This document shows positions 56,643 through 64,000 of a stretch of 64,000 nucleotides of DNA, in pieces. The stretch covers positions 148,159 through 212,158 of the forward strand of contig JAHFFE010000003.1 in assembly GCA_023248155.1 (NCBI GenBank), read 5' to 3'. Position numbers and translations under genes: made by a program. Source of the stretch: Candidatus Omnitrophota bacterium. GTDB lineage: Bacteria; Omnitrophota; Gorgyraeia; 1-14-0-20-64-10. The notes beneath the pieces are model-generated. The model did no database searches, was not told the DNA's origin, and saw only the letters and a program-made list of their open reading frames with translations. Within the stretch, counting starts at the first letter, position 1. Each line of letters begins with the position of its first letter.

Positions 56643-57200
56643 ATGGGAGAATCTGATCGTCGTCTGCGAACGCGTTATAAAGTCCGCGTTCCATTCACAT
56701 TAAAAAGCAACTCGGAAGAAATCCAGGGCGTCACGCGCAATGTCAGCCTGCTGGGAATTTCGGCCTATTCCGATTCCACGATTTCCAATTCCGTTCCGGT
56801 TCAGTGCGCGCTTCATATTCCGCACCAGCAAAAACCGATTATCGCGCATGGAACCGTGATCCGCTGCGAACCGCTTCCTGATCGCCACACCGATGGAGGC
56901 AACGAGGTGGGTGTCTTCTTCAAACAATTCGACGGAACGCACGAGCAGGACCTGGACCGTTTTCTGCGCAAGGTGCTCGATGATGAACGCTTGGCGATTC
57001 AGGCCGGATTTAAAGAACTGCGCCGAAGAGCCGCCGCCCGCAAACGAAAGAAACAGCGCGCGGTAGACCTCAAGCAGAAGAAGAAAGAAGAGCGGCTCCG
57101 CAAACGCCGCCTGCGCCAGCTGGCCAAAATGCGGGCAAAAAAGCGGGGACCCGGACGACCCAAGGGCAGTAAAAACAAGAAGAAAAAATCAGCCGCGTGA
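56643..57200 (+). CDS. PilZ-domain c-di-GMP receptor with basic coiled-coil tail and C-terminal AT-hook
   Basis: PilZ motifs 'RRLRTR' (RxxxR) and 'NVSLLGIS' (D/NxSxxG); C-terminal 'RGPGRPKGSKNK' (57144..57179) matches the HMGA AT-hook core GRPKGSKNK; AGGAG RBS. Confidence 0.75.
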   Translation: MGESDRRLRTRYKVRVPFTLKSNSEEIQGVTRNVSLLGISAYSDSTISNSVPVQCALHIPHQQKPIIAHGTVIRCEPLPDRHTDGGNEVGVFFKQFDGTHEQDLDRFLRKVLDDERLAIQAGFKELRRRAAARKRKKQRAVDLKQKKKEERLRKRRLRQLAKMRAKKRGPGRPKGSKNKKKKSAA

Positions 57201-59239
57201 CGCAGCGCTACACAATTCACAAGCAGGTCCGCCCCGAAATTTCCTCTTCAAAGATCGCATACGCGCAGGAATTGAATGCTGAACAGTTGCGCGTCGTGCA
57301 GTCGGGCCCCGGTCCGACGCTGGTTCTGGCAGGCCCCGGCAGCGGAAAAACGCGCACGCTGACTTACCGCGTCGCGTATCTGCTTGAGCAGGGGATCGCC
57401 CCCGAAAATATCCTTTTGGTGACTTTCACCGTGAAAGCGGCGCGCGAAATGATGGACCGCGTCGAACGGATCCTGCATTACCGCCCGGAAGGTCTCTGGG
57501 GCGGGACATTTCATCACATCGGAAATATTATCGTGCGGCGGCACGCCGACCGTTTGGGACGGACGCCTCAGCTGGGCATCCTGGATGAGGAGGATGCCCG
57601 TGATATGGTGGCCGCCTGCGTGGACGACCTTAAAACACCGGTGACGCAGACACGGCTTCCGCAGCCGGGCGTTCTCGAAAGCATTTTCAGCCTGGCCGTC
57701 AACAGGCTTCAACCGGTTGAAACTGTGATATCAGAGCAATTTCCCCAATTTGCCGATCAAGCAGCCTGGATTGAACGCGTGCGCGCCGCTTATCAGGAGC
57801 GGAAGAAAAAAGCCAACGTGATGGATTACGACGATCTGTTGGCCGGATGGCTCTCACTGATGAAAAACCATGAGGATATCCGCCAGCTCTACGCCGGACA
57901 GTTCCATTATGTATTGGTTGACGAATACCAGGATACCAACCGGCTTCAATTTGAACTGGTACGGCTGCTGGGATCGGTTCACCAGAATGTTCTGGCCGTC
58001 GGAGACGACGCGCAGGCGATCTATTCGTTCCGCGGAGCCGACCTCTCAAATCTGCTGAATTTTCCGGAGGTTTATCCGAAAGCGGTCATTCACCGGATGG
58101 AAACCAATTACCGGTCAACGCCCGAGATCGTCGAGCTGGCCAACGCCTCGATCGCGATGAATCGAAACCAGTTCAAGAAAGAACTCAAAAGTCTTCAGGA
58201 AGCGGGTCCGCTGCCGGCGCTGGTTCCGTTGACAAATCAGAAACAGCAGGCGGTTTTCATCGCGCAGCGAATTCTTGAATTGCGCTCCGAGGGGGTTTCC
58301 ATGCGCGAAATCGCCATTCTTTTCCGCGCCCGGTTCCAATCGGCCGAACTGGAACTGGAGTTGGCGAAACGGAACATTCCGTATCTGGTTCGCGGAGGCG
58401 TCCGGTTCTTTGAGCAGGCCCACATCAAAGATTTGATGGCTCATCTGCGGATTACGGCGAACCCTCAGGATGAAATGGCCTGGGACCGGATTTTACGCTT
58501 GCAGGATGGGATCGGAGCGGCTTACGCACGAAAAATCCGGGAGTGGCTTTTAACGCAGCCCAACCCAATCCAGGCCGCCTGCGAGGGAGGCGAGGAATCG
58601 TTCAAGGGACTTAGCAGCCGGGCGAAAAGCGGGTGGCTGAAACTGTGTAAAACGGTCCGCGAACTGACGCGAAACCCCGATCAAGCAAAACCGGCCGAAC
58701 TGCTCTCTTCCGTACTGCGATCGGGCTACACCGGCTACATGGAAACTCATTTTGAAGATCTGCGCGACCGCAAAGAGGATTTAGACCAGCTGATCAATCT
58801 CGCCTCCAATTATGATTCGGTGCCGAACTTTATTGAGGATTTGACGCTGCGCGAACCGTTCAAAGGTGAAACGATCCACGGCTGGGAGGAACCGGACGAA
58901 TTCGTTGTTCTTTCCACCATTCATCAGGCCAAAGGACTGGAATGGCAAGCAATTTTCCTGATCGCGCTTTCGGAAGGACAGTTTCCTCATCCAAAATCAT
59001 ATGATGATCTGGCGGCGCTGGAAGAAGAACGGCGCTTGTTTTATGTGGCGATTACGCGCGCGAAAAAAGATTTATACCTGACTTATCCGTTAACACGCTA
59101 CAGCTACGAACGAGGGGAGGTCTTAATGCGGCCTTCCCAATTCGTGCAGGAACTTCCCGAAGAACTATTTGAGCTCTGGCGGATCGAGGAACAATCTCGG
59201 TCCAGCGATCCGGCTGTTGATCCGATCGATTTCCCTTAA
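57197..59239 (+). CDS. UvrD/PcrA/Rep-family superfamily-1 DNA helicase
   Basis: 'AGPGSGKTRTLTYR' (motif I), 'VDEYQDTN' (II), 'GDDAQAIYSFRGA' (III), 'LSTIHQAKGLEW' (V/VI); GTGA-coupled to the PilZ gene. Confidence 0.88.
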   Translation: MTQRYTIHKQVRPEISSSKIAYAQELNAEQLRVVQSGPGPTLVLAGPGSGKTRTLTYRVAYLLEQGIAPENILLVTFTVKAAREMMDRVERILHYRPEGLWGGTFHHIGNIIVRRHADRLGRTPQLGILDEEDARDMVAACVDDLKTPVTQTRLPQPGVLESIFSLAVNRLQPVETVISEQFPQFADQAAWIERVRAAYQERKKKANVMDYDDLLAGWLSLMKNHEDIRQLYAGQFHYVLVDEYQDTNRLQFELVRLLGSVHQNVLAVGDDAQAIYSFRGADLSNLLNFPEVYPKAVIHRMETNYRSTPEIVELANASIAMNRNQFKKELKSLQEAGPLPALVPLTNQKQQAVFIAQRILELRSEGVSMREIAILFRARFQSAELELELAKRNIPYLVRGGVRFFEQAHIKDLMAHLRITANPQDEMAWDRILRLQDGIGAAYARKIREWLLTQPNPIQAACEGGEESFKGLSSRAKSGWLKLCKTVRELTRNPDQAKPAELLSSVLRSGYTGYMETHFEDLRDRKEDLDQLINLASNYDSVPNFIEDLTLREPFKGETIHGWEEPDEFVVLSTIHQAKGLEWQAIFLIALSEGQFPHPKSYDDLAALEEERRLFYVAITRAKKDLYLTYPLTRYSYERGEVLMRPSQFVQELPEELFELWRIEEQSRSSDPAVDPIDFP

Positions 59240-59248
59240 ATGAACCTT

Positions 59249-59902
59249 CTAGATCGCATCAAGGGACACTGATACGTCTTTTCTGTGCTTTCGACCGGAA
59301 GCGGTAACAAGAATCGCTGTTCTGCCTCCTCGATGCCTCAAGGCAAAACCTCCGGTCAGGTTACCGGCAGCGTCGCTGGCCAGCGCTGAATCCGTCTCTC
59401 CAATCAGATCCACATCAGGATTAGCCAGCAAAACAGAGAGCGGTTGATTGGCGAAAAACGGATTGATATTGTACGAAATCCCGCCAGCCGATGGCGGGGT
59501 GGAGTCCGAAGGGCAGGTCAGAATTTTTTGCGGGTTCTCGCCTAAGTACCGGTCTGGCAACGGAACCGCTTCTGCCGTGCCGGTTAATCCGACCGCATTC
59601 TGCAGGTAAGCAAACAGCGTAAAAGGCCGCTTACCGTCACTCACCATCGCGTAGGCCCGGTCGAACTGATCCCGCGTCAGGTCGCTTAACGGGCCGGGCA
59701 GGGCGTTGTTGTCGTACGCGTACAGTTTTACTGCCGCCTGGATCACCGCCTGGTTCGATTCATCGACCAAGATTGCAGTGCGGTCGCGGTATTGGGTAAA
59801 TCCAGCGGTCGCCATAGACGCCAGAGCCGCCATCACCATAACGGCAATCAAAATTTCCAACATCGTAAAACCGGCCGAAAGAATAATGCCTGATCGTTTC
59901 AT
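59249..59902 (-). CDS. Prepilin-type N-terminal cleavage/methylation domain protein with degenerate H-X9-DG-like C-terminus (PVC-type pseudopilin family)
   Basis: 'SAG|FTMLEILIAVMVMAAL' leader; C-terminal 'RHRGGRTAILVTASG' resembles the RHxGGxNxxFxDGSV motif. Confidence 0.65.
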   Translation of the reverse strand: MKRSGIILSAGFTMLEILIAVMVMAALASMATAGFTQYRDRTAILVDESNQAVIQAAVKLYAYDNNALPGPLSDLTRDQFDRAYAMVSDGKRPFTLFAYLQNAVGLTGTAEAVPLPDRYLGENPQKILTCPSDSTPPSAGGISYNINPFFANQPLSVLLANPDVDLIGETDSALASDAAGNLTGGFALRHRGGRTAILVTASGRKHRKDVSVSLDAI

Positions 59903-60042
59903 GGCTTCACCCTCCATACCGGCGTACCCTTATCCGGCTCATCATTTCGAAAAGAGACGGGAAACAAGCTGCAACCATTCCCATACGAAAGATACCTGAG
60001 AGTAGGCATTGATGTCAAGCCTTTGACGGAACCGCCCGGCAT

Positions 60043-62499
60043 ATGGTACTCTTGGTAACAATGAAGCTAACAGCCAAAGGGGACCATCTCTTCCGGTTGT
60101 TTTTTGTCTCTCTGATCCTCTGTCTTCTTTATCTGGGGATCTTGATTCCATCCGGTTTCATCGAATCCTCCAGACTTCATTCCGCAGATCTTTATACCCA
60201 ATGGCAATCCGCTCTTCTCCAACCACCGCCGGAAAGCAAAGAAATCGTGCTTATCCTGGTGGATGAAGAATCGCAGGCCAAGCTGGGGAAAAAGTGGCCC
60301 TGGGACCGCGGGCTTTTCGCCGATCTAATCCGGAAAATCACGCCTGAAAACCCCAAGCTGATTGTGCTCGATTTCGTCATGCACGGTGCGTCGGCAGACC
60401 CGACCCAGGATGAAATGCTGGCAGACGCGATCCGGAAAGGACCTCCGGTATTGCTGGGAAGCTACATGGATAAGCACGGTGACCCGGTGCTTCCGCTGCC
60501 GCTTTTGACCGAAGCCGGCGGAATTCCGGGAATCATTAACAAACCGAAAGACCGGGACATGACCGTACGTAAAATGCTTTACGCCGGCCGGGTCCCCAAC
60601 CAGCTCCAGCCGCTTTACGCGACAGAAATCAACGCGGCCGCTTTGGCGCGCGGACTGAACCTGGATCAAATCAAAACGGTTCCAAATAAACCGTGGATTA
60701 AAATTGGCCCTCAAAAAATCCCGTTCGACCGGTTCCGCGCTGAAATCCCAATCCACTACTTTGTTACGGCCGATCAGTTGGAAACCGTTTCTTTCTGGAC
60801 TGTTCTTCAGGAAAAAACCGACTTAAGCCGGTTCCGCGGAAAACTGGTCCTCGTCGGGTCAACGCAGGAAGCAACCAAGGATGTTTACCCGACGCCGCTG
60901 GGATCCCAGCCGGGCATTTTAGTCAACATCAACGCGCTGTTAACGATCCTGACCGCGAAATTCACGCAGCTGCCAAACCTGCTTTGGACATTCCCGCTGA
61001 GCGTGATGATGGTGTTCGGCATTCTTATCGCGACCGTTCAATGGCCGATCTGGATCGGATTTCTCGCGGCGCTAACGGGTATCTTCGCGGGAACAGCGGC
61101 TGGTTTTCTCGCGCTGGTTTTTCTGAACATCCGCGCAGAATCGGTCAGTATCGTGGTGCTGGCGTTGGGTGCCTGGGGAGTCGGCATATTATATAAATAC
61201 TTGAACCTGGCGCAGGAAGCGCTGCGCCTTCACAAACAAGCAATCACCGATCCGATGAGCCAGACGCTGACCGGCCGGTTCTTCCGACTCCGGATGGACT
61301 CCGCTTATCCGTCCAAGAGCTGGGCCCGAAAACCGGTCGGGGTGGTTTTGTTTCAGATTGAGCGGCCTACCGAACTGTTGCTGAAGCTTCCGTGGCAGGA
61401 AGTGCAAAAACGGGTACAAACAGCCGCCGCAGGAATCCGCGAACTGTTCGGCGCATCACAGAACATTCTGGTTGGACGGATTTCCGACGAGCGGTTTGCC
61501 GCGGTGGTGCCTGGATTAAAATCAGCCAAAGTAAACGAATGGCTTAAAACGCTGGAGCCAAAACTGGCATCGTTGCGCGAGAAATACGGTTATGAGATTG
61601 CAGTTGGAATCGCCTGCAGCGACCAGCCCGGCACCACAACCGTCTACGATCTTTTACGCCACGCGGAAATCGCCGTGGTCCGCTCCTGGGAAAAAACATC
61701 CGACCGGCCGGTACTGTACGATCCTGCCGTCGACAAAGAGCTGACCCCTTCAAAAACCGGTTCGATTTCGGTAACTCCCGTCGCTTCGAAAGAAGACTCC
61801 GAGAAACCCGAGGGATTGAACGATGTGGCCTCGGAGCTGGAAGAACGCAACCGCAGCATTGAGAGCGCGCTGGAAAATCTGCGAAAAGCGCACAAGGAAC
61901 TTGAAGCCCATTTTCTCGAAGTGACCAAATCGCTGGTGATGGCGATGGACACCAAAGATTCCTATACCGCCGGGCACCTCGAGCGCGTTTCCCGTTATGC
62001 GACGCGTCTGTCGGAAGAACTGGCATTGCGGCCGACCGAGATCGAGGCAATCCGCGAAGCGGCGATTCTGCACGACATCGGAAAAATGAACCTTTCGGAT
62101 GAGGTCCTCCATAAAACCGGCGCGCTGACTGAAGACGAACGGGAAATCATCAAGCGGCATCTGGAATATGGCGCGAAAATTCTCGACCCGATGAAATTTT
62201 TCAAACCGATCACGACAATTCTTTATCATCATCATGAGCGGTACGATGGGCGCGGCTACCCGCACGGTTTGACCGGAGAATTTATTCCGATGGGCGCGCA
62301 GATTATCACGATCGCCGACTCATTCGACGCCATGACCACCAACCGCGGATATGCCAAGCCAAAAACCGTGCAGGAAGCCGTAGAGGAGCTGCGCAAGGGG
62401 CAGGGGGGGCAGTTTAACCCGAATTACGTCGATGCCTTCATCGAATTGATCCGCAAAGAAGGCCCTCACCTGGCCAGTTACAGTACCCATACCCCTTGA
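60043..62499 (+). CDS. CHASE2 sensor / degenerate GGDEF / HD-GYP c-di-GMP phosphodiesterase
   Basis: Periplasmic CHASE2-like N-domain, 3-4 TM, GGDEF-like domain with the motif degraded to 'RISDERF', HD-GYP 'HDIGK...HHERYDGRGYP'. Confidence 0.8.
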   Translation: MVLLVTMKLTAKGDHLFRLFFVSLILCLLYLGILIPSGFIESSRLHSADLYTQWQSALLQPPPESKEIVLILVDEESQAKLGKKWPWDRGLFADLIRKITPENPKLIVLDFVMHGASADPTQDEMLADAIRKGPPVLLGSYMDKHGDPVLPLPLLTEAGGIPGIINKPKDRDMTVRKMLYAGRVPNQLQPLYATEINAAALARGLNLDQIKTVPNKPWIKIGPQKIPFDRFRAEIPIHYFVTADQLETVSFWTVLQEKTDLSRFRGKLVLVGSTQEATKDVYPTPLGSQPGILVNINALLTILTAKFTQLPNLLWTFPLSVMMVFGILIATVQWPIWIGFLAALTGIFAGTAAGFLALVFLNIRAESVSIVVLALGAWGVGILYKYLNLAQEALRLHKQAITDPMSQTLTGRFFRLRMDSAYPSKSWARKPVGVVLFQIERPTELLLKLPWQEVQKRVQTAAAGIRELFGASQNILVGRISDERFAAVVPGLKSAKVNEWLKTLEPKLASLREKYGYEIAVGIACSDQPGTTTVYDLLRHAEIAVVRSWEKTSDRPVLYDPAVDKELTPSKTGSISVTPVASKEDSEKPEGLNDVASELEERNRSIESALENLRKAHKELEAHFLEVTKSLVMAMDTKDSYTAGHLERVSRYATRLSEELALRPTEIEAIREAAILHDIGKMNLSDEVLHKTGALTEDEREIIKRHLEYGAKILDPMKFFKPITTILYHHHERYDGRGYPHGLTGEFIPMGAQIITIADSFDAMTTNRGYAKPKTVQEAVEELRKGQGGQFNPNYVDAFIELIRKEGPHLASYSTHTP

Positions 62500-63653
62500 A
62501 ACCGGCCCTGGGGCCTTCAGAACTCGCCAATCAAATTAAGCAGGAAGCATTGCGCCTCGGATTTTCCGCGGCCGGAATTGCTCCAGGATCAGCCTGGGAG
62601 GGCCGTAAACAGGAATTAAGCCGCTGGATCAGCGCCGGACTGTACGGACCGATCGATTACATGCGCCGGTTTTTCGAGCGGCAGTCTTCGTATGCAAGCC
62701 AGTTTCCGGAACTTCGCTCCATTATTGTTTTAGCCTGCGATTACGGCGGTGAATCAGAAAACCTTGCTGAACCTTCAACAGAACCTTCCGGACGAATCGC
62801 GCGGTACGCCCGCAGCAAAGATTATCATGAAGTTCTTCAGAATAAATTAGAACGGCTGGAATCATTCCTGAAAGAATTGGCGGCGCCCATGCCGGTTCGC
62901 TTGATGAAGACCGTGGATATTCAACCGGTTCAGGAACGGGTTCTGGCCGAAGCGGCCGGCCTTGGTTTCTTTGGAAAAAATACCTGCCTGATCCGGCCTA
63001 AAGGCGGTTCTTTCTTTTTTTTGTGCAGTCTGCTGACCGATCTCGAACTGCCTGCGGATGCTGCACCGCTGAAATGGGACTGCGGAAGCTGCCGGATCTG
63101 CATAGATGCTTGTCCGACCGATGCGCTGAAAAAACCGTTTGAATTGGATGCCGGACTCTGTATTTCCGCGCTGACCATCGAATTAAAAGGCCCGGTGTCA
63201 CAGGAGTTGCGCCCAAAAATTGGCGACTGGATATTCGGCTGCGACATCTGCCAGGAAGTCTGTCCGTATAATCAAAAACCGGCGGGGAAGCCGGATCCGG
63301 AATTTTTGATTTCCCCGCCGGTTCCGGCCCAAATTCCGCTTAAGGAGCTTCTTGAGTGCCGGACAGACCAGGAATTTAACCAAAAGTACGGAGAAACACC
63401 ACTCTCAAGGCCCAAGAGAGCCGGTCTTCTGAGAAATGCCGTCATTGCCGCGGGGAACTCGAAAGACCCGGATCTAACCGCTTCATTAGAGAAATGCTTG
63501 CTTGAAGAAAAATCTATTCTGGTTCGCCAGCATGCCGCCTGGGCGCTGGGACAAATCCAAACAGAACAATCGCGCCAAATTCTGCAAAGAGCAGCCGAAA
63601 CAGAGGCCGATACCGCCGTAAAATCCGAAATCGACCAGGCATTATGCCGTTAA
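62496..63653 (+). CDS. queG: tRNA epoxyqueuosine(34) reductase QueG
   Basis: 'LGFSAAGIAP', two 4Fe-4S motifs ('CGSCRICIDACP', 'CDICQEVCP'), C-terminal HEAT-like 'HAAWALGQI'; TTGA-coupled. Confidence 0.85.
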   Translation: MKPALGPSELANQIKQEALRLGFSAAGIAPGSAWEGRKQELSRWISAGLYGPIDYMRRFFERQSSYASQFPELRSIIVLACDYGGESENLAEPSTEPSGRIARYARSKDYHEVLQNKLERLESFLKELAAPMPVRLMKTVDIQPVQERVLAEAAGLGFFGKNTCLIRPKGGSFFFLCSLLTDLELPADAAPLKWDCGSCRICIDACPTDALKKPFELDAGLCISALTIELKGPVSQELRPKIGDWIFGCDICQEVCPYNQKPAGKPDPEFLISPPVPAQIPLKELLECRTDQEFNQKYGETPLSRPKRAGLLRNAVIAAGNSKDPDLTASLEKCLLEEKSILVRQHAAWALGQIQTEQSRQILQRAAETEADTAVKSEIDQALCR

Positions 63654-63799
63654 AAGCCCTTTCTGCCGCCTGGCCATAACGTCTGATAATGTATATTATG
63701 TTAAGTTATACATACATTGAATTATCCGTATCCTATTATTGATAAATGAGTTATGAACATTGTGGGATTGCTGTTGATAACTCTATTCCTTGAAGAAAT

Positions 63800-64000
63800 C
63801 TAAACTGAGGTTTTGAGGCGGCGGCCGGACTTCTTCACGACCGATTGAACCTTGGCTTCCAGCGCGCGGCGGCTTCCTTTGCGGTCATCAATCTTGATGG
63901 TGGTCAGTACGCGGATCGATTCCTTGCGCATCCGTTTGTGGCAGCGGACAATCAGCGCCATGACTTCGTCAAAATCGCCCTCGATGCAGGTTCCCATGGG
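63800..64000 (-). CDS. MTH1187/YkoF-family (thiamine-binding-like) small protein, C-terminal part; start lies beyond window end
   Basis: 'MGTCIEGDFDEVMALIVRCH...TTIKIDDRKG' matches the family core; ORF open to the window edge. Confidence 0.55.
   Translation of the reverse strand, partial: PMGTCIEGDFDEVMALIVRCHKRMRKESIRVLTTIKIDDRKGSRRALEAKVQSVVKKSGRRLKTSV

Noticed and set aside
56643-59239. Helicase-centred anti-phage defense system (e.g. Gabija/Hachiman-like)
   Set aside because: The helicase has the full housekeeping UvrD/PcrA/Rep motif set. No partner nuclease/ATPase (TOPRIM, DUF, HamA-like) is adjacent, and the neighbouring genes are signalling proteins.

Overview
High-GC (about 60%) chromosomal segment of a diderm bacterium. 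The lineage is probably PVC-like (Verrucomicrobia/Lentisphaerae/Kiritimatiellae). That is an inference from a DapL-type LL-diaminopimelate aminotransferase, a prepilin-leader protein with a degenerate H-X9-DG-like C-terminus, and a fused PilM-PilN. From nt 1 to 54.5 kb every gene is on the + strand, in long operons with many ATGA/GTGA/TTGA stop-start overlaps. In order, the window holds: an LPS core / glycolipid glycosyltransferase cluster (GT9 heptosyltransferase, ArnT-like, ArnC/DPM1-like GT2, further GT2s, gmhB, GT28); family-4 UDG; priA; a mosaic repeat; def-fmt; a PagL-like outer-membrane deacylase; gap-pgk-tpiA-secG; a BT1 transporter; a NodB deacetylase; a second (inverted) repeat copy; thiG; a LeuB-like dehydrogenase; asd; truA; a Fur/Zur-box promoter driving a Fur-family regulator plus a metal uptake locus (Cys-rich lipoprotein, small OM barrel, ZIP transporter with an extra C-terminal domain); rplM-rpsI; a roughly 15 kb argCJBDFGH-lysA-dapFAB-dapL-folK-panCD-nadX super-operon; a small lysine-rich protein carrying a recent internal tandem duplication; uvrA; cutA; a complete type IV pilus cluster (pilMN fusion, pilO, pilP, pilQ, pilB, pilC, major pilin + terminator, second pilin, pilT); and tRNA-Ala(CGC). 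Downstream of the tRNA is a less conserved-looking segment: a third repeat copy, a minus-strand YkgJ(CxxCxxCC)-DUF2156 fusion protein, a palindromic operator-like site, an Arg-run micro-ORF, a PilZ protein with an HMGA-like AT-hook, a UvrD-family helicase, a PVC-type pseudopilin, a CHASE2/degenerate-GGDEF/HD-GYP phosphodiesterase, queG and a partial YkoF/MTH1187-family gene. I found no CRISPR, rRNA, transposase or integrase. Most minus-strand ORFs in the supplied track are antisense shadows typical of GC-rich DNA.
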